A stretch of 20,000 bases of DNA, from IMG/VR virus record IMGVR_UViG_3300006868_000019; one strand, 5' to 3'. The position numbers were made by a program, and so were the translations under genes. This DNA comes from an uncultured virus (IMG/VR IMGVR_UViG_3300006868_000019). Lineage: Duplodnaviria > Heunggongvirae > Uroviricota > Caudoviricetes. Each line of letters opens with the position of its first letter. Position 1 is the first letter of the stretch. This document shows positions 16,803 to 20,000 of this stretch, piece after piece. The notes below the pieces were generated by a model. The model ran no database searches, was not told where the DNA came from, and saw nothing but the letters and a program-made list of their open reading frames with translations.

Positions 16803-17054
16803 ATGAGTAGTGAATTGAACACAGCAACAGACGTAACTAAAGAACAAACTTTTACAATTGATGGTAAAGACTATAAAAGAAGTGAGTTAAATACAAAAAC
16901 TTTAAATAGTATTATCATTAGACAAGACTTACAAGCAACCAGAGTTAAGTTGTCTTTAGAGTTAGAAAAAGTTGCTATTTTACAAAAACACTATGATGAT
17001 ATTATTGCCAGTGAATTGGGTATTGATACATCAAAAGAAGCTGAAAAAAAGTAG
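16803..17054 (+). CDS. Small coiled-coil protein (DUF6447-like)
   Basis: FTIDGKDY hairpin followed by a long amphipathic helix; SD AGGAG. Confidence 0.55.
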   Translation: MSSELNTATDVTKEQTFTIDGKDYKRSELNTKTLNSIIIRQDLQATRVKLSLELEKVAILQKHYDDIIASELGIDTSKEAEKK

Positions 17055-17071
17055 TTATTAATTAGTTTTAC

Positions 17072-17119
17072 ATTACCTTATTATTATAAATATTATAAAC
17101 TTACTAGTAATAAGGTAAT
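17072..17119 (+). promoter_or_regulatory. Late promoter (TATAAATA 17085-17092) inside an RBS-sequestering inverted repeat
   Basis: ATTACCTTATTA (17072-17083) is the exact reverse complement of TAATAAGGTAAT (17108-17119), which contains the SD and abuts ATG 17120. Confidence 0.75.
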
Positions 17120-17350
17120 ATGTCAGACAGAATAACAGCTACAATTAATAATAATACTTCGGGACCGAGAAGCGTTTCCGTTACCGTACCATCAGCTTCA
17201 ACAAGGTTAAATGCTTTGAGTGATGTAAATGCCACATCATTGGCAGATGGTGCAATGTTACAATATGATAATGATTCTAAAAAATGGACAAGTCGAAATG
17301 ATATAAAAACTGAAAGTGGTAATTTAATTCTTAACGGTGGCACATTTTAA
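17120..17350 (+). CDS. Small fibre-associated structural protein
   Basis: LNALSDVN...DGAMLQYD...KKW motif typical of phage fibre repeats; ends NGGTF, like DGGTY of the next gene. Confidence 0.65.
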   Translation: MSDRITATINNNTSGPRSVSVTVPSASTRLNALSDVNATSLADGAMLQYDNDSKKWTSRNDIKTESGNLILNGGTF

Positions 17351-17370
17351 AAAAAAGGGAGAGATTTTAA

Positions 17371-19758
17371 ATGGCAACAATAATCAAAATTAAACGAACC
17401 ACTGGTGCTAATGCACCCAGCGGCCTTAACCAAGGGGAACTAGCTTATGTCTATGATACTTCAGCAACCGATAGTGGTGCTGGTGGTAACGGTTATAGGT
17501 TATTCATTGGTGATCCAACATCTTCATCTAATTCAGCAATTGAAATTGGTGGAAGATATTACACACAACTTTTAGACCACACACCAGGAACGCTAACTGC
17601 GTCTTCTGGTTTAATAGTAGATTCTAATAAAGCAATTGATGAATTGTTTATTGGTAATAATGCTACTACAGGTGGTACAATAAAATTAAACGAAGGTACT
17701 AATAACGGTGCAAACTTTGTAGCTCTTAAATCTCCCAACTCATTAGCTGCAGACGTTACTTATACTCTTCCAGGTACTTACTCAAACGGTCAATTTTTAA
17801 CAGTTGATGGTTCTGGTAATTTAAGTTTTGCTGCTATTCCATCAGGTTCATTTACACTTGCTGGTGATAGTGGTACTGACACATTTACTACTGGTCAAAC
17901 TTTAACGTTTACTGGTGACACAGGAATTACTACATCTATTACAGATAATGAAATAACAATAGATTTAGATGACACTGCTGTAACTCCAGGTAGTTATGGT
18001 TCTTCAACTGCAATTCCAACATTTACTGTTGATCAACAAGGTCGTTTAACAGCGGCTGGTACGGCTACAATATCAACAACTTTAGATATTGCTGCTGATA
18101 GTGGTACAGACGATGGTGTTGCGTTAGGTTCAGACACATTAACATTTACTGGTGGTACAAACATTGATACTTCAGTTTCAGGTGATACAATTACAATTAG
18201 TACACACGCTGACGTACTAACAGCTTCATCAACACATACTTTAACAAATAAAACATTTGACGCAAATGGAACTGGTAACTCTATATCTAATATAGAAGTT
18301 GCTGATTTTGCTTCAGGTGTTGTTGATACAGATTTAAGTTCTGTTTCTGCAAGTGATAATACACTTGCTTCTGCTAAAGCAATTAAAGCTTATGTTGACT
18401 CACAAGTTACAGCACAAGATTTAGATGTAACAACAGATTCAGGAACAATTGCTATTGATTTAGATAGTGAAACATTATCTGTTTCTGGTGGTACTGGTAT
18501 TGATACGTCTGCTACAGGTAATGCAATTACAGTAGCTATAGACAGTACTGTTGCTACATTAACAGGAAATCAAACTTTACAAAACAAAATAATTGATAGT
18601 GCAAACAACACTTTAACATTAGATTTATCTGAAGGTACTTTAACTGGTACAATTGCTGAATTTAATAGTGCGTTAAGTGATGGTTCTTTTGCTACATTAG
18701 CAGGAACAGAAACACTATCAAATAAAACACTTACAGCACCTAAATTTGCTGACGCTGGTTATCTTGCTGACGCAAATGGTAATGAGTTAATTCTATTAAG
18801 AACAACTGCAAGTGCTGTTAATGAATTACAAGTTACTAACGCTGCTACTGGTGATGGTGTAGAGATTGCTACAACTGGTGGTGATACTAATATTGATTTA
18901 GTATTAAATCCAAAAGGTTCTGGTACTGTTGATGTTAATTCAAGTAGAATTACAAACGTTACTGATCCTTCAAGTGACCAAGACGCTGCTACAAAAGCAT
19001 ATGTTGATAGTGTTGCAAACGGATTAGATGTAAAAGAAAGTGTTAAAGTTGCTACAACAGCAAATTTATCTGCTACATATGATAATGGTGCAGGAACATT
19101 AACAGCTGGTTCAAATGGTGCAATATCAATTGACGGTGTTACTTTAAGTCAAGGTGACAGATTATTAGTTAAAGATCAATCAACAGATACTCAAAACGGT
19201 ATCTATACTGTAACAACTGTTGGAGATGGTTCAACTGCATATGTATTATCAAGAGCTCCTGATGCTGACACAGCTTCAGAATTAACTGGTGGTACTTTTT
19301 TCTTTGTTGAACAAGGTTCTACAAATGCTGATAATGGTTATGTTGCTACACATAACGGTACACCAACATTTGGTTCTACAAGTATTACATTTGCTCAATT
19401 CTCTGGTGCTGGTCAAATAAGTGCTGGTGATGCTTTAACAAAAACTGGTAATCAATTAGATGTTGCTGTTGACGACACTACAATTGAAATATCATCTGAC
19501 GCATTACAAATTAAATCAACTTATACTGGTCAAACATCAATCACAACATTAGGAACTATCAATCAAGGTACTTGGAATGGTACAGTTATTGACGAAGTAT
19601 ATGGTGGTACAGGACAATCTTCTTACACTACTGGTGATATTTTATATGCAAGTGGATCAAACACACTTGCTAAATTAACACTTGGTGCAAGTGGTAAAAT
19701 TTTACAATCAGACGGTAGTAATATTGCGTACGGCGACCTAGACGGCGGAACTTACTAA
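17371..19758 (+). CDS. Tail-fibre-like structural protein with internal repeats
   Basis: N-terminal IKIKRTTG...LNQGELA; G/T/S-rich; RITNVTDPSSDQDAATKAYVD (YadA-stalk-like); GDRLLVKDQ...QNGIY; three DSGT...TLTFTGGTGI repeats. Confidence 0.85.
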   Translation: MATIIKIKRTTGANAPSGLNQGELAYVYDTSATDSGAGGNGYRLFIGDPTSSSNSAIEIGGRYYTQLLDHTPGTLTASSGLIVDSNKAIDELFIGNNATTGGTIKLNEGTNNGANFVALKSPNSLAADVTYTLPGTYSNGQFLTVDGSGNLSFAAIPSGSFTLAGDSGTDTFTTGQTLTFTGDTGITTSITDNEITIDLDDTAVTPGSYGSSTAIPTFTVDQQGRLTAAGTATISTTLDIAADSGTDDGVALGSDTLTFTGGTNIDTSVSGDTITISTHADVLTASSTHTLTNKTFDANGTGNSISNIEVADFASGVVDTDLSSVSASDNTLASAKAIKAYVDSQVTAQDLDVTTDSGTIAIDLDSETLSVSGGTGIDTSATGNAITVAIDSTVATLTGNQTLQNKIIDSANNTLTLDLSEGTLTGTIAEFNSALSDGSFATLAGTETLSNKTLTAPKFADAGYLADANGNELILLRTTASAVNELQVTNAATGDGVEIATTGGDTNIDLVLNPKGSGTVDVNSSRITNVTDPSSDQDAATKAYVDSVANGLDVKESVKVATTANLSATYDNGAGTLTAGSNGAISIDGVTLSQGDRLLVKDQSTDTQNGIYTVTTVGDGSTAYVLSRAPDADTASELTGGTFFFVEQGSTNADNGYVATHNGTPTFGSTSITFAQFSGAGQISAGDALTKTGNQLDVAVDDTTIEISSDALQIKSTYTGQTSITTLGTINQGTWNGTVIDEVYGGTGQSSYTTGDILYASGSNTLAKLTLGASGKILQSDGSNIAYGDLDGGTY
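17857..18543 (+). repeat. Three degenerate ~38-aa repeats inside the fibre gene
   Basis: LAGDSGTDTFTTGQTLTFTGDTGITTSITDNEITIDLD / IAADSGTDDGVALGSDTLTFTGGTNIDTSVSGDTITIST / VTTDSGTIAIDLDSETLSVSGGTGIDTSATGNAITVAID. Confidence 0.8.
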
Positions 19759-19779
19759 TCGTTTATATAAGAGAGATAT

Positions 19780-20000
19780 ATGGCGACAGTTATTAAGTTA
19801 AAAAGAGGTACTGGCACTCCAACTATAAGTGATCTTGTAAGTGGAGAGGTAGCAATTGATACATCATCTCAAAAGTTTTATATCAATGACGCTGGTGTTA
19901 TAAAAGAAATAGGTGGTGCGGCTGCTGCTGGTAATGGTGCATTAGTTGATTTAACCGATACAAATTTTACAACTCAACTACCTAGTCAAATTTTAAATTA
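19780..20000 (+). CDS. Second fibre-like structural protein, N-terminal part (runs off the window; not in ORF track)
   Basis: Manual translation MATVIKLKRGTGTPTISDLVSGEVAIDTSSQKFYINDAG...ALVDLTDT; N-terminus paralogous to 17371 (MATIIKIKR...GELA); SD GAGAG. Confidence 0.8.
   Translation, partial: MATVIKLKRGTGTPTISDLVSGEVAIDTSSQKFYINDAGVIKEIGGAAAAGNGALVDLTDTNFTTQLPSQILN

Larger units (their letters stand above)
1..20000. mobile_element. Fragment of a T4-like (myovirus) bacteriophage genome: accessory enzyme/transport island followed by virion/tail-fibre genes
   Basis: T4 gp55-type late promoter TATAAATA in the intergenic gaps at 2005, 16433/16443 and 17085. Gly/Thr/Ser-rich fibre genes at 17120-20000. 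Almost no intergenic DNA, runs of short 2OG-Fe(II) oxygenases as in marine T4-like phage islands, no housekeeping genes. No capsid, terminase or polymerase gene is in the window, so this is inferred. Confidence 0.85.

Noticed and set aside
2096..17343. Antisense/shadow ORFs in the track (e.g. 2096-2284, 3115-3393, 6782-7402, 12642-12962, 15810-16025, 17104-17343)
   Set aside because: They lie opposite well-supported genes, have no recognisable motifs and show mirror-frame composition.
1..20000. CRISPR array, tRNA/rRNA, IS elements, introns/inteins, DGR repeats
   Set aside because: No spaced direct repeats, no non-coding gap longer than about 70 bp, and no transposase, RT or homing-endonuclease motifs were seen.

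Overview
AT-rich, gene-dense fragment that reads as a T4-like (myovirus) phage genome, probably marine and infecting a Gram-negative low-GC host (inferred from T4 late-promoter boxes TATAAATA in three intergenic gaps and tail-fibre/virion genes at 16456-20000). The left 16.4 kb is an enzyme/transport island in three operons. (i) Minus strand 1982->1: GT-B glycosyltransferase-like protein, radical SAM core, separate SPASM-like protein, SGNH-like protein. (ii) Plus strand 2050->14339, tightly coupled: two cobalamin-binding radical SAM enzymes, a peroxiredoxin-fold protein lacking its catalytic Cys, six HxD...H Fe(II)/2OG-type oxygenases, a SAM methyltransferase with an ACP-like N-terminus, a BtuB-like TonB-dependent receptor and a TctA/TctC transporter pair. 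(iii) Minus strand 16404->14329: two paralogous small proteins and an L-amino-acid-ligase-type ATP-grasp enzyme. The best candidate for an undescribed system is this apparently late-expressed, phage-borne B12-dependent tailoring cluster that carries its own putative cofactor/co-substrate uptake genes. Regulatory signals include overlapping divergent sigma70/late promoters, an 18-bp palindrome of back-to-back late promoters, and an RBS-sequestering hairpin with a late promoter in its loop. All assignments come from motif recognition by eye; no database search was run.
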